Shown: positions 1-9,491 of the stretch, piece after piece | Position numbering within the stretch: the first letter of the stretch is position 1 | Layout: every line of letters starts with the position of its first letter | Origin: Gammaproteobacteria bacterium | Lineage (GTDB): Bacteria > Pseudomonadota > Gammaproteobacteria > Pseudomonadales > JAUIET01 | NCBI GenBank assembly: GCA_030429735.1 | Contig: JAUIET010000002.1 | Span: 292,414 to 356,413, forward strand | Length of the DNA stretch: 64,000 bases | Direction: 5' to 3' | Position numbers and translations under genes: made by a program | The notes under the pieces: model-generated | The model's input: only the letters and a program-made list of their open reading frames with translations | Told to the model about the DNA's origin: nothing | Databases searched by the model: none

Positions 1-99
1 GTAGGCTGCGGTCGATGTGTGAGCTGGTGCCCGGTTGGAATCGATCTGCGAGCGGAAGTCCAGGCCTTACGCCTAAGGAGCCATAATGCAGACGATTGA
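1..99 (+). CDS. C-terminal fragment of an Fe-S (4Fe-4S ferredoxin-type) hydrogenase subunit, HydB/beta-like; 5' end lies outside the window
   Basis: Frame 1 reads [16 protein letters not shown]... (CxxCxxxCP cluster motif) to TGA at 97-99. It overlaps the next start and sits in hydrogenase operon context. Confidence 0.5.
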   Translation, partial: VGCGRCVSWCPVGIDLRAEVQALRLRSHNADD

Positions 100-547
100 A
101 CAGCTGCTGGCAGCACATCCGTTTTATTTGGATATGAAGCCTGAATATCTTGCCGAACTGGCCGCTTGCGCACAATTAAAAGTTTTCAAGGCGAATCAAA
201 AACTGGCGACGGTTGACCAAAGCGCGGATGCATTCTATGTCATTCGTTCTGGTCGTGTAGCGATAGAGCTTGAGACCCCACCGCGAGGTAGAATCACACT
301 GCAAACTCTGTCAACAGGGGAGGTTATTGGCTGGTCGTGGCTGTTTCCTCCCTATCGTTGGGAGTTTGATGTTCGCGCTATTGATACCGTGCATACGGTC
401 GCGCTGGATGGCAAGTGTTTGCGTGGCAAATGCAATCAGAATCTGGAGATGGGCTGGGATCTGATGCAGCGCTTCTCCCGAATAATGGCCGCGCGCATAA
501 AAGCCACTCGCTTGCAAATACTGGATGTGTACCGTGCAGGCGCATAG
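86..547 (+). CDS. cyclic-nucleotide-binding-domain-only protein encoded inside the hydrogenase operon
   Basis: 153 aa with a cNMP-binding beta-barrel-like pattern ([12 protein letters not shown]...GEVIGWSWL). No HTH and no Cys cluster. Its start overlaps the upstream stop by 14 nt and its end overlaps the next start. Confidence 0.75.
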   Translation: MQTIEQLLAAHPFYLDMKPEYLAELAACAQLKVFKANQKLATVDQSADAFYVIRSGRVAIELETPPRGRITLQTLSTGEVIGWSWLFPPYRWEFDVRAIDTVHTVALDGKCLRGKCNQNLEMGWDLMQRFSRIMAARIKATRLQILDVYRAGA

Positions 548-1358
548 TCATTCACTAGTGCCTACACCGACACCCATACTGCGGCGGGTTCGGGAAACGG
601 AAGACGTTTTCAGTGTGTCGATCAATGTCGGAGAAACATCTGCCGAACCTGGTCAGTTCAATATGCTGACAGTGTTTGGTGCGGGAGAAATACCTATCTC
701 GATCAGTGCCATTTGTAAGGCGAGTGGAGAAACCGTCCATACGGTTCGCAATGTTGGCGGTGTGAGTCAGGTAATGGCACAACTACGCGCTGGCGACGAG
801 ATCGGTGTGAGAGGTCCGTTTGGTCGCGGCTGGCCGATTGACGCTGCCATAGATAAAAACGTGTTAATCGTTGCAGGCGGTATAGGCCTGGTGCCATTGC
901 GTCCCGTCCTGCAGCACTGCCTGAGTCATGCCGGGCACTTTAGAGACATCGTGTTGCTTTACGGTGCTCGCACTCCAGAGGACGTTCTTTTTAGGGATGA
1001 ATTGGCGGTATGGGAACAGCAAGGTCGATTGAAAGTCGAGCTTTCTGTGGACCAATGTGACCCCACATGGCAAGGCAATGTGGGTGTCATAACGCCCTTC
1101 ATCGCTCGTCAGCAAATCGATTTTGACAATACCGTCGCCATGGTCTGTGGGCCAGAGATCATGATGCGTTTTGCCTGCGATGAGCTTCGCCGGCAAGGCC
1201 TTGCCGAAGCTTCTCTGTATCTGTCAATGGAACGGAACATGAAGTGTGGCGTCGGATTTTGCGGGCATTGTCAGCTGGGACCACACTTTGTCTGCAAGGG
1301 TGGCCCTGTCTTCTCACTGGCGGAGCTGAGCCCGTGGATTGGCAGAGCCGAATTGTGA
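525..1358 (+). CDS. FAD/NAD(P)-binding oxidoreductase subunit with 2Fe-2S site (HydG/gamma-like, PyrK fold)
   Basis: 277 aa with [10 protein letters not shown] nucleotide-binding motif and C-terminal [10 protein letters not shown]...C cluster motif. Confidence 0.8.
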   Translation: MCTVQAHSHSLVPTPTPILRRVRETEDVFSVSINVGETSAEPGQFNMLTVFGAGEIPISISAICKASGETVHTVRNVGGVSQVMAQLRAGDEIGVRGPFGRGWPIDAAIDKNVLIVAGGIGLVPLRPVLQHCLSHAGHFRDIVLLYGARTPEDVLFRDELAVWEQQGRLKVELSVDQCDPTWQGNVGVITPFIARQQIDFDNTVAMVCGPEIMMRFACDELRRQGLAEASLYLSMERNMKCGVGFCGHCQLGPHFVCKGGPVFSLAELSPWIGRAEL

Positions 1359-1375
1359 CCGCGATACCCACTGCA

Positions 1376-2143
1376 ATGGACACAAAGCCCAAACTAGCCG
1401 TTTGGAAATTCGCCTCGTGCGATGGTTGCCAACTAAGCCTGCTTGACTGCGAGGACGAGCTACTGGCGGTTGCGCAGCAACTTGACATCGCACACTTCAG
1501 TGAGGCGAGCAGCCAGGTGAGTGAAGGCCCTTTCGATCTGTCTTTGGTCGAGGGCTCGGTGTCTACTCCGGACGACCTTGAACGTATTCAGAAGGTGCGA
1601 CAGCAATCGCGTTTTCTGGTTAGCATTGGGGCCTGTGCCTCGGCAGGTGGAATTCAGGCATTACGCAACTATGCAGATATTTCCGACTATATCAGCGTAG
1701 TGTACGCGTCACCCAGTTACATCAGCACCCTCAAAACGTCCACACCAATCTCTCAGCATGTAAAGGTAGATTTTGAGCTACGCGGTTGTCCGATTGATAA
1801 GCACCAACTGCTTCACGTCATTCAAACCTACCTTCAGGGTCGTAGGCCACAAATCAGCAGCGACAGTGTGTGTGTTGATTGCAAGCGAAATCAGATACCG
1901 TGTTTGATGGTCAGCCAGCAGCAAGCGTGTCTTGGGCCGATAACACATGCGGGGTGTGACGCCTTGTGCCCACGCTTCAACCGGGCCTGCTTCGGTTGCT
2001 TCGGACCGAAAAACAATTGCAACACCAGGTCATTAACTGCCTGGCTACAATCAGAGCAGGCGCTCAGTAAGCCGGAACTTACACGCCTGCTGCATACGTT
2101 CAATTCAGATTCATTTGTCGAGCCTGAGTATGCCGAAGAATAA
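1376..2143 (+). CDS. [NiFe]-hydrogenase small (delta, NuoB-like) subunit
   Basis: ATG at 1376 gives [21 protein letters not shown] (proximal cluster motif), with further Cys clusters downstream. The track ORF start at 1244 lies inside the previous gene. Confidence 0.85.
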   Translation: MDTKPKLAVWKFASCDGCQLSLLDCEDELLAVAQQLDIAHFSEASSQVSEGPFDLSLVEGSVSTPDDLERIQKVRQQSRFLVSIGACASAGGIQALRNYADISDYISVVYASPSYISTLKTSTPISQHVKVDFELRGCPIDKHQLLHVIQTYLQGRRPQISSDSVCVDCKRNQIPCLMVSQQQACLGPITHAGCDALCPRFNRACFGCFGPKNNCNTRSLTAWLQSEQALSKPELTRLLHTFNSDSFVEPEYAEE

Positions 2144-3455
2144 TTCGAAGCGCACGCGCACCATAAAAGTAGACTACCTTGCCCGTGTTGAGGGTGAAGG
2201 TGCGCTGTACCTGCACTACGACGGTGAGAAGGTCAGCAACGTTCAATTAAAAATTTTCGAGCCGCCGCGGTTTTTCGAAGCCTTGCTCCGTGGCCGGCAC
2301 TGTAGTGAGGCGGCAGATATTACGGCACGCATTTGCGGAATTTGCCCCGTAGCGTATCAGATGAGCGCGGTGCATGCGGTGGAAGCGGCACTTGCAATCG
2401 ACATAGATCCGACTGTTAGGACGCTTAGAAGAGTTTTGTACTGTGGCGAGTGGATTGAAAGTCATTTGCTTCATATCTACATGCTGCACGCGCCCGATTT
2501 TCTCGGCTTCCATGATGTGGTTGCAATGGCAAAGCAATTTCCAGACATTGTTGCCCGCGGGCTCAGGCTAAAAAAAATTGGCAATGACATCGTAAACACA
2601 ATTGGGGGCAGGGAAATACACCCGATCAATGTGCGCGTTGGTGGTTTTTACAAGATTCCGGACAAGATTAAATTGAAGGCCCTGCTGGAGACTTTAAGTG
2701 CGGCACTTGATGCTGCAATAGAGAGCGTGTGTTGGTCGGCGACCCTGGAATTTCCTGATTACGAGCGACCGTATGAAATGCTTGCGCTTGGTCACGGTGA
2801 TGAATACGCGATGAACGAAGGGCGGCTGAGGTCAAACTTCGGCCTGGATATCGCTGCTGATCAGTTTGAAGACACAATTGAGGAGGAGCACATCGAATAC
2901 TCATCGGCGCTGCATGCGCGGATAAAAGGTCGTGGGGCGTATATTGTCGGGCCGATTGCGCGATTCAACATGAATTACACAATGCTGCCAAAAAGTGTCC
3001 AGATGTTGGCTGAGAACCTTGGTATGCAGCCCACAGAAAGTAACCCGTTTAAAAGTATTATTATCCGCGGACTTGAAGTTGTGTTCGCTTTTGAAGAAGC
3101 CATTCGCCTATTGAAACAGGTTTTAGCGAGCGATCAGTTGCCGAGAATGCCTAACCTTGATGATTTTCTACCATCTACACCAGTGCTTGGCTGCGCGATG
3201 ACGGAGGCACCCAGAGGAACACTGTACCACCGTTATGAGATAGATACCCAAGGGCTGATTACTTCGGCCAACATCGTTCCACCGACGGCGCAGAATCAAA
3301 AGTCAATTGAACAGGATCTGGCCGATCTGGTGCCGCAACTGGATCAGGCTGATGATCAGCTACTGCAGCACCGTTGTGAGCAGGCGATCAGGAACTACGA
3401 CCCTTGTATTTCGTGCTCGGCGCACTTCTTGAAAATTCATAAACGATCGCTATGA
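2130..3455 (+). CDS. [NiFe]-hydrogenase large (alpha) subunit, short group-3-type
   Basis: N-terminal [10 protein letters not shown] and C-terminal DPCISCSAH Ni-binding motifs followed by a short cleavable tail. ATG 2130 is preferred to TTG 2115. Confidence 0.9.
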   Translation: MPKNNSKRTRTIKVDYLARVEGEGALYLHYDGEKVSNVQLKIFEPPRFFEALLRGRHCSEAADITARICGICPVAYQMSAVHAVEAALAIDIDPTVRTLRRVLYCGEWIESHLLHIYMLHAPDFLGFHDVVAMAKQFPDIVARGLRLKKIGNDIVNTIGGREIHPINVRVGGFYKIPDKIKLKALLETLSAALDAAIESVCWSATLEFPDYERPYEMLALGHGDEYAMNEGRLRSNFGLDIAADQFEDTIEEEHIEYSSALHARIKGRGAYIVGPIARFNMNYTMLPKSVQMLAENLGMQPTESNPFKSIIIRGLEVVFAFEEAIRLLKQVLASDQLPRMPNLDDFLPSTPVLGCAMTEAPRGTLYHRYEIDTQGLITSANIVPPTAQNQKSIEQDLADLVPQLDQADDQLLQHRCEQAIRNYDPCISCSAHFLKIHKRSL

Positions 3456-3955
3456 GTACTGCGTCGCGCCCATTGATCATTGGCATTGGCAATCAATTTC
3501 GCAGTGACGACGCGGTTGGTGTTGTTATCGCTGAAGGTATTGCCGAGCGCCTGCGAGAACAAGTGGAGCTATTGATCCACAAAGGTGACCCGGCGTACCT
3601 GCTGGATGCATGGCAGCAAAGAGATTTGGTTGTTGTCGCAGATGCCGTGAATGAAGACGGGCAGGCGGAAGGCAAGATCTATTTTTGGGACGCCCTCAAC
3701 GGCAAAATTCCAGCAAGTGAAATACAGGTTTCAACGCACAGTATTGGTGTTGCATCAGCAATTGAATTGGGCAAGTGCCTTGCACAGCTACCTGATAATT
3801 TATGGGTTTGCGGTATCAATAGCCACCAATTTCATATGGGAGAGCAACTATCTGTGGAAGTAACCGAAAGTGCTAATGTACTCATAGATGCGCTAAGTAA
3901 ACGCTTGCAAGTGTACCTCTCAGACAAGCGCACGGAGGAAAAGTCAAATGCATGA
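3452..3955 (+). CDS. hydrogenase maturation endopeptidase (HyaD/HybD/HoxW family)
   Basis: 167 aa with [17 protein letters not shown] motif. ATGA overlap with the large-subunit stop. Confidence 0.85.
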   Translation: MSTASRPLIIGIGNQFRSDDAVGVVIAEGIAERLREQVELLIHKGDPAYLLDAWQQRDLVVVADAVNEDGQAEGKIYFWDALNGKIPASEIQVSTHSIGVASAIELGKCLAQLPDNLWVCGINSHQFHMGEQLSVEVTESANVLIDALSKRLQVYLSDKRTEEKSNA

Positions 3956-4217
3956 ACTGTCACTGTTGAACAATTTGATGCTCAAGATAGAGGCATTGGC
4001 TCGTGAACATGGATGCAGTGAGATCAGTGAAGTCAAGGTCTGGATTGGTGCACTGGCGCATATATCTGCTGAGCACTTCCGTGAGCACTTTGAGCAGGCG
4101 GCGAAAGGATCCGTTGCTGAATCCGCACGCCTTTGCGTTGAGGTATCGGACGATCAACAAAACGAACACGCAGCAGATATCTTGTTGCTCAGTGTTGACA
4201 TTGTGGATCAGGACTGA
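3948..4217 (+). CDS. HypA-like nickel metallochaperone lacking the zinc-finger module
   Basis: 89 aa. It has the N-terminal MHE motif and HypA-like N- and C-terminal segments, but no CxxC...CxxC pairs. It overlaps the endopeptidase stop. Confidence 0.6.
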   Translation: MHELSLLNNLMLKIEALAREHGCSEISEVKVWIGALAHISAEHFREHFEQAAKGSVAESARLCVEVSDDQQNEHAADILLLSVDIVDQD

Positions 4218-4223
4218 CCGTTC

Positions 4224-6644
4224 ATGAACGGTGCGATACGCAAGCACATCACTGTTGCCGGAACTGTTCAGGGGGTAGGCTTTCGCCCTTTTGTGTACCG
4301 CTTGGCCCAGGAATTTGGCCTTGATGGTTGGGTTAAAAATACTGCCGACGACGTCACCATAGAAGTGCAGGGCTTGCCGGTGCACGTTGAGCAATTTTTG
4401 TCGAAACTGCAGGCGCACCCACCGAACAACGCTAGTGTCAGTACCATGCGGACGAGTAAAATCGAACCGCGGGCAGAACAGGGTTTTGCCATAGTGGCCA
4501 GTGGGAGTACCGGCAATGGATCGACAGCATTGGTTCCAGATCTTGCAATTTGTGACCAGTGCATTGCCGACGTATATTCACCATCCTCTCGGTATTATCA
4601 GTACGCATTTACCAGTTGCACCGACTGTGGGCCCCGTTACTCAATCAGTCTGGCCTCACCCTTTGACCGCAAACACAGCGCAATGAGCGAATTTGAGCTA
4701 TGTGTTGACTGCGCAATTGCCTATGAAAACCCGCATGATCGCAGGTTTCACGCTCAATTAATGTGCTGCAGTAGCTGTGGTCCCGAGTTGCAATTGTGCG
4801 ATTCAGACGGTGCAGAGCTGACGCGTGGGAAGTCGATAGTAAAAAAAGCGGCGAACCTACTGCGCGATGGTGGGCTGCTCGCGCTCAAGGGTTTGGGTGG
4901 TTTTCAACTTATCTGCGACGCCACGAATTCCAAGGCCGTTGCGCGGTTGCGCGCACTAAAACAACGGCCGGCAAAACCTATGGCGGTTATGCTGGCCGGT
5001 GAGAAAGAGTTGTCAGACCTCTGCCCCACAAGTGCAGTGCAACGTGCTCTGTTTTTATCACCTCAAGCCCCCATTGTTGTGATAGATCAGTCGATTCTCT
5101 CCCTGGCCAGGGAAGTAGCACCCGGTCTGCGTAGCGTGGGAATAATGCGTGCAACAACAGCGCTGCATCATTTGTTGCTCAAGGCTTTTAACGGGCCTGT
5201 GGTCGTTACCAGTGCAAATCGCAGCGGCGAGCCGATTATCACAGATGACGAGCTGGCGTTTTCTACGCTGGCGGGTAACGTTGATTGTTTCCTCACCCAC
5301 AACAGACACATACACCACGCCCTGGATGATTCAGTCTCACGTATTGCCCTGGGGCGCCCCTTACTATTGCGCCGTGCCAGAGGGTATGCCCCTAAGGCCA
5401 TTTCGATTAATCACAGCGCTTCAATAGCCCTGGGTGTTGGTGGCCATCACAAGAACACGGTTGCGTTAGCGAATCAGGGTTTGATTGAGCTCAGTGCCTA
5501 TCTCGGAGACCTTGACAGTCTGGAAAGTGTGAGGAGGTTTCGTGCAAACGTCGATGAGCTTCTGGATGATGGAGCCGACAGTCGCTGGGCTGAGTTAGCT
5601 GTTGTGCACGACTGGCACCCGGACTACGAATCCACTGAAGTAGCGATTTCGGCATTAGCGAAAGACGGTACGGCATTGCCCTTGCAGCATCATATTGCGC
5701 ATATCTGTGCGGTAATGGCCGATAACAGAATCGAACCGCCTTGCTTCGGCGTTGCATGGGATGGTAACGGCTATGGAGCGGCATTTCCGGGAGACCCTGC
5801 TCTGTGGGGCGGGGAAATGTTCTCGTTGGCGGAGCCAGGTGGTTGCCAGCGCAGAGTGAGCCTGTTGGGATTTCCGCTTGCAGGTGGCGCACAGGCGATC
5901 CGAGAGCCCAGGCGAGTCGCACTGGGTCTTCTGACAGTCGGGGGAGAGGAATTGCGACATCATCACTCGGCAGCGCTCTATTGTCAGCGCTCGTTCAGCA
6001 ATGAAGAATTACTCCTTATACAAACCATGCTGAACAACAAGTTCAATAGCCCAATGAGCTGTTCGATTGGTCGTTTATTTGATGGTATTGCCTCGTTGAT
6101 AGGTCTGTGCAATAAACAGGAGTTTGAAGCGCAAGCGGCGAGCGACCTTGAGCGACAGGCTCTGGACTACCTCGAGGCAAAAAACTCTGAGACGCCTGAC
6201 TCTGAGCAGGCAGCGTATGCACTGGTATTCCGGCGCTGTGAACGTCTGGAGATTGAGAACACCGAGCACCCTCTGTTTCGCCCTGCATGGCTGCTTGATT
6301 GGAGACCGCTTTTGAAAGGCGTGCTTGACGATTTGAGCGCTGGCAAAGAGCGCGCCTATATCGCCTATCACTTTCATTATGCGCTGGCGAGAAGCATCGT
6401 TGATGCGGCAAAAATGACTCAGCACACGCGTGTTGTGCTCAGTGGTGGTTGTTTTCAGAATGTTTGTTTGCTGGAGCTTTGTGTAAGCTTGCTGGAACAG
6501 CAGGGTTTTGATGTATTCTGGCCCCGGCAATTGCCCGCCAACGACGGTGCACTGTCTGTGGGTCAGGCCTATGCGGCACAATTTGAAGGCCTCTGTGGCG
6601 GGCCCTACTATTCCAGATCGGAGCTTGGCCTGAAATGTGTTTAG
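4224..6644 (+). CDS. hypF: carbamoyltransferase HypF
   Basis: 806 aa. Acylphosphatase-like N-terminus and two zinc-finger pairs (CDQC...CTDCGP and CVDC...CSSCGP), followed by YrdC-like and Kae1-like regions. Confidence 0.95.
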   Translation: MNGAIRKHITVAGTVQGVGFRPFVYRLAQEFGLDGWVKNTADDVTIEVQGLPVHVEQFLSKLQAHPPNNASVSTMRTSKIEPRAEQGFAIVASGSTGNGSTALVPDLAICDQCIADVYSPSSRYYQYAFTSCTDCGPRYSISLASPFDRKHSAMSEFELCVDCAIAYENPHDRRFHAQLMCCSSCGPELQLCDSDGAELTRGKSIVKKAANLLRDGGLLALKGLGGFQLICDATNSKAVARLRALKQRPAKPMAVMLAGEKELSDLCPTSAVQRALFLSPQAPIVVIDQSILSLAREVAPGLRSVGIMRATTALHHLLLKAFNGPVVVTSANRSGEPIITDDELAFSTLAGNVDCFLTHNRHIHHALDDSVSRIALGRPLLLRRARGYAPKAISINHSASIALGVGGHHKNTVALANQGLIELSAYLGDLDSLESVRRFRANVDELLDDGADSRWAELAVVHDWHPDYESTEVAISALAKDGTALPLQHHIAHICAVMADNRIEPPCFGVAWDGNGYGAAFPGDPALWGGEMFSLAEPGGCQRRVSLLGFPLAGGAQAIREPRRVALGLLTVGGEELRHHHSAALYCQRSFSNEELLLIQTMLNNKFNSPMSCSIGRLFDGIASLIGLCNKQEFEAQAASDLERQALDYLEAKNSETPDSEQAAYALVFRRCERLEIENTEHPLFRPAWLLDWRPLLKGVLDDLSAGKERAYIAYHFHYALARSIVDAAKMTQHTRVVLSGGCFQNVCLLELCVSLLEQQGFDVFWPRQLPANDGALSVGQAYAAQFEGLCGGPYYSRSELGLKCV

Positions 6645-6871
6645 GGATACCAGGTCAGATTGTCAAAATGGTGAACGACGATCCACTCACGCGCAGTGCC
6701 ATAGTTAGCTTTGCAGGCGCACACAAGGAGATCAATCTTGCTTGCGTGCCGGAAGCCGGCGTCGGTGACTTTGTTATCGTTCATGTCGGAATTGCGATAA
6801 ACCGTATCGACGAAGAGCAGGCAACTGCAGTATTTGATTTACTCCAACAAATTGATTCGAAGGTGCTATAG
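6635..6871 (+). CDS. hypC: hydrogenase assembly chaperone HypC/HupF
   Basis: 78 aa with the diagnostic MCLGIPGQIV N-terminus. Overlaps the hypF stop. Confidence 0.9.
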   Translation: MCLGIPGQIVKMVNDDPLTRSAIVSFAGAHKEINLACVPEAGVGDFVIVHVGIAINRIDEEQATAVFDLLQQIDSKVL

Positions 6872-7774
6872 AGTCACTGGAGACACGAAATCATCCGGCT
6901 TTACTATCAATACATCGCAGTTAACTTTATCGAGCAATCGTTCCGCCGTGCTGCCAATGATAAAGCGATCGATAAAGTTGCGCGTCAAAGCACCCATGAT
7001 AAGTAGCTGGCAATCCAGATCAGCTAACAATACTGGCAGATCCGTATCACTTTTACCAATCAGCATGTGAACATTCGATTTCTCGACGGCGTAATCGCCG
7101 ACAAGATCCATCACTCTCACTTCATGCTGCATCTTCTGATCTTCCACCGTAGGCGAACTAACAGTGCTTAGTTTGTACAGTTGAAACCAATGCACAGCAT
7201 GCAGAACACCGCTTAGCCCGTTCGCTAACCGTTGTCCCCATTCAAGGATTCTGTCGTCAAGTAAGATAGGTTTCTCGTGAGTGTACATAGGGTCGACTGC
7301 CGCAAGCAACACTGGCTTGGCGTCAAATCGTTCTAGCTTGCAAAGATAAAGCGGAGCGGGGCATTCGCGAATTAGTTGCCAATCAGTGTTGGAAAAGAAA
7401 GTGCGGCGGATTTGGCTGTGATGTTCTGCGGATTTAAACACCATATCGGCTTTTGTCCGCAATACCTTCCGAATAATCTCCGCATGCAAATGTTTTCCCC
7501 AAACGACATCACAGTGCACGTCAACACGTTGATCTCGGATCGGCTGCGCGAGTGTTTCAAGCCATTCCAACTGCTGGGCACCGTGCGCACGTCGCTTGTC
7601 GTCAAGACTGACAGAGCCAGGCAGAGGTGAGTCAAGCAGGGCTGGAACATAGTCGCACAAAAACAGATGCAGTTGCGCTTTTAATCCCTTGGCAACCGTA
7701 CTCGCCTGTAGCAATGCTCTTTGGTGTTCAACCCTCGGGTCGATAACTGCGATTATGCTCGGTGTATGGCTCAT
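6866..7774 (-). CDS. tandem universal stress protein (UspE-like)
   Basis: 302 aa with two USP-like halves (IIAVIDP..., LLAAVDP..., CDVLIVKP). Convergent 6-nt overlap with hypC. Confidence 0.8.
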   Translation of the reverse strand: MSHTPSIIAVIDPRVEHQRALLQASTVAKGLKAQLHLFLCDYVPALLDSPLPGSVSLDDKRRAHGAQQLEWLETLAQPIRDQRVDVHCDVVWGKHLHAEIIRKVLRTKADMVFKSAEHHSQIRRTFFSNTDWQLIRECPAPLYLCKLERFDAKPVLLAAVDPMYTHEKPILLDDRILEWGQRLANGLSGVLHAVHWFQLYKLSTVSSPTVEDQKMQHEVRVMDLVGDYAVEKSNVHMLIGKSDTDLPVLLADLDCQLLIMGALTRNFIDRFIIGSTAERLLDKVNCDVLIVKPDDFVSPVTL

Positions 7775-7836
7775 TTCTGTTGCTCCAGCCTATTTTTGGT
7801 TGCCTGCAAATGTTAGCGCGTTAATCAGGCGTGATA

Positions 7837-7850
7837 TTGATCTTGGTCAA
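7837..7850. promoter_or_regulatory. FNR/Anr-type box, one mismatch (TTGATcttgGTCAA)
   Basis: In the divergent intergenic region. Its centre is 69.5 nt from the UspE-like start (7774) and 72.5 nt from ATG 7916. Confidence 0.55.
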
Positions 7851-7915
7851 TGTTGCCGTGGCCACTGTGCATATTCTTATACCCAGAGGCCGTGCTGGGA
7901 GAGTTGGAAGGCACT

Positions 7916-8374
7916 ATGGAATTTAAGCAAATAAGCGATATTCTGGATTGGTCGCAAGCTATCCATGCCGAATTGGCGGAACGTTACCAATCACTTGCTG
8001 GTGAGCTTACCCAGCAGCGCGCGGTGTTGCTGTTGGACTATTTGGCAGATCATCAAAAGCAATTGGAGACGTCAGTTGAGTTGTTGAAAGAGGACATTAG
8101 CCCTGGATTGTTGAATACCTGGACAAGAACGGAGCTTGCGGATGCTTTTCCCAGCAGTTTGATGGAACTGCGTAATCAACTCACTACCTTGTCAACGGAA
8201 GACATTCTGACGCTTTGTATCGACTATCACGATCGGCTGATAAAACTTTACAATGAGCTAAGTCAAACCGCAGACCTGGATTCCAGTCGCGAATTGTTCG
8301 AGAATCTTGCCGATTTAGAGCATCATGAAAAGCTTATTACAGTTCGGGATGCACAGTGGTTGGAAGACTATTGA
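7916..8374 (+). CDS. hypothetical protein (acidic, helical)
   Basis: 152 aa from ATG 7916, with a GGAAGG Shine-Dalgarno-like sequence just upstream. No motif recognised. Confidence 0.5.
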   Translation: MEFKQISDILDWSQAIHAELAERYQSLAGELTQQRAVLLLDYLADHQKQLETSVELLKEDISPGLLNTWTRTELADAFPSSLMELRNQLTTLSTEDILTLCIDYHDRLIKLYNELSQTADLDSSRELFENLADLEHHEKLITVRDAQWLEDY

Positions 8375-8385
8375 TGCGACAGGAA

Positions 8386-9114
8386 TCAATGTTTATGCTT
8401 TGCGTGCCACAGCTCGCGTAAAGCGTCTTCCCCTAATGGTTCGGGGCGCTTGATGCGCAGGCTTTCTGACCATTCGCGCGCAAAGTCTCTTTGCAGGTAG
8501 CTGTTCAGTACGATTATGGTGGTCATTGCAATCAAGGCGCCGAGACTTGCCAATGCCATGTCTTTGTGGGCGTCCCATACGTCACCCTGCGTGCCCAAGT
8601 ATGCCATGCCCAGCTCACCGCCAAAAGTTTCAGCGGCCAGCCACTCTATAAGTTCGTAAAACATTGATGTCGACATGGTTAAATCAAGAGGAAGAAAATA
8701 GCTCCAAAAACCGTGCACATCTGCGACTCGTAAAAACATCTCGCGAATGGGATACGCCAGTAATAGACCGTACAGAAAATGCACGGCGCGATCAAAGTGA
8801 TTGCGATCCCACTCTAAAAGTTCATGCAGGCTACGGCCAGTGAGCTCGATAAACCATTGATTGTAAGGAACTTCGGAGTAGGTGTAGTGCGAACCCACAC
8901 TGTGAAGACACATGAAAATAAATATCATTGTGTAAGAAATTCGTGACAGAGGCATCCATTTGTAGGTCGCCCATAAAACAAACACCGCAATAACAACGAT
9001 TACATTTTCCAAAATCCAGTCGTTTCGATCAACGGGCTCAATCGCGAGTGCAAGCCATACGATGCCATACAATGCGGCCAGGATACGAAAGTAACGGCGA
9101 TGGGCAGTCGTCAT
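8386..9114 (-). CDS. DUF2238/YjdF-like inner-membrane protein
   Basis: Multi-TM protein. From ATG 9114 the N-terminus reads MTTAHRRYFRILAALYG...LAIEPVDRNDWILEN. The longer track ORF (to 9162) would swallow a perfect FNR-type box. Confidence 0.65.
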   Translation of the reverse strand: MTTAHRRYFRILAALYGIVWLALAIEPVDRNDWILENVIVVIAVFVLWATYKWMPLSRISYTMIFIFMCLHSVGSHYTYSEVPYNQWFIELTGRSLHELLEWDRNHFDRAVHFLYGLLLAYPIREMFLRVADVHGFWSYFLPLDLTMSTSMFYELIEWLAAETFGGELGMAYLGTQGDVWDAHKDMALASLGALIAMTTIIVLNSYLQRDFAREWSESLRIKRPEPLGEDALRELWHAKHKH

Positions 9115-9139
9115 ACGTCTCCAGTTGCTTCTTTGCGCT

Positions 9140-9153
9140 TTGATTACTATCAA
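9140..9153. promoter_or_regulatory. FNR/Anr-type box, perfect (TTGATtactATCAA)
   Basis: Its centre is 65.5 nt upstream of the DUF211 ATG (9212) and 32.5 nt from ATG 9114 on the other strand. Confidence 0.7.
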
Positions 9154-9211
9154 GTTTATCACCTGACATCATTCTATTCTAAGCCGAAACATATAAAGTG
9201 GTGAGCAGAAA

Positions 9212-9487
9212 ATGATTGATACCAACATCACACGACTGGTTCTGGATGTTTTGAAACCGCGTCAACCAGGCATACTCGAATTTGCGGAAACGATTGCCAG
9301 CCTGCTAGCAGATACGTCTGTTGAAGTTGCGGTACTGGAAATAGATGAACAGACTGAAACGGTGGCTGTGAAAGTCAGAGGCAATGCCCTCGATTATCAC
9401 TGTTTGGAAAAAGGAATTACTGATATGGGCGCTTCGGTACACAGTATCGATGAGGTAGATGTTTGCAGCACCTCGGAAAAAGACTGA
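9212..9487 (+). CDS. DUF211 (COG1888-like) small protein
   Basis: 91 aa. The RLVLDVLKPRQP pattern is recognised as DUF211, a family I know mainly from archaea. Confidence 0.6.
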   Translation: MIDTNITRLVLDVLKPRQPGILEFAETIASLLADTSVEVAVLEIDEQTETVAVKVRGNALDYHCLEKGITDMGASVHSIDEVDVCSTSEKD

Positions 9488-9491
9488 CACC

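Noticed and set aside
86-547. Could the cNMP-binding protein be the FNR/Anr regulator for the boxes?
   Set aside because: It is only 153 aa, with no C-terminal helix-turn-helix and no N-terminal Cys cluster for an oxygen-sensing Fe-S centre. It is an effector domain only.
1244-1375. N-terminal extensions in the ORF track (e.g. 1244, 7850, 9459, 10647, 11747, 22812, 24394, 25440, 28931, 31232, 32709, 43878, 45857, 54690)
   Set aside because: The extensions overlap upstream genes or regulatory boxes and lack family-typical N-termini. Internal ATG/GTG codons with SD-like sequences give products matching the expected family lengths.
3960-4418. 152-aa minus-strand ORF across the hypA-like/hypF junction, and similar antisense ORFs (e.g. 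9557-10042, 11902-12405, 16772-17161, 19926-20333)
   Set aside because: All lie opposite strongly supported genes and show the biased composition typical of antisense frames.
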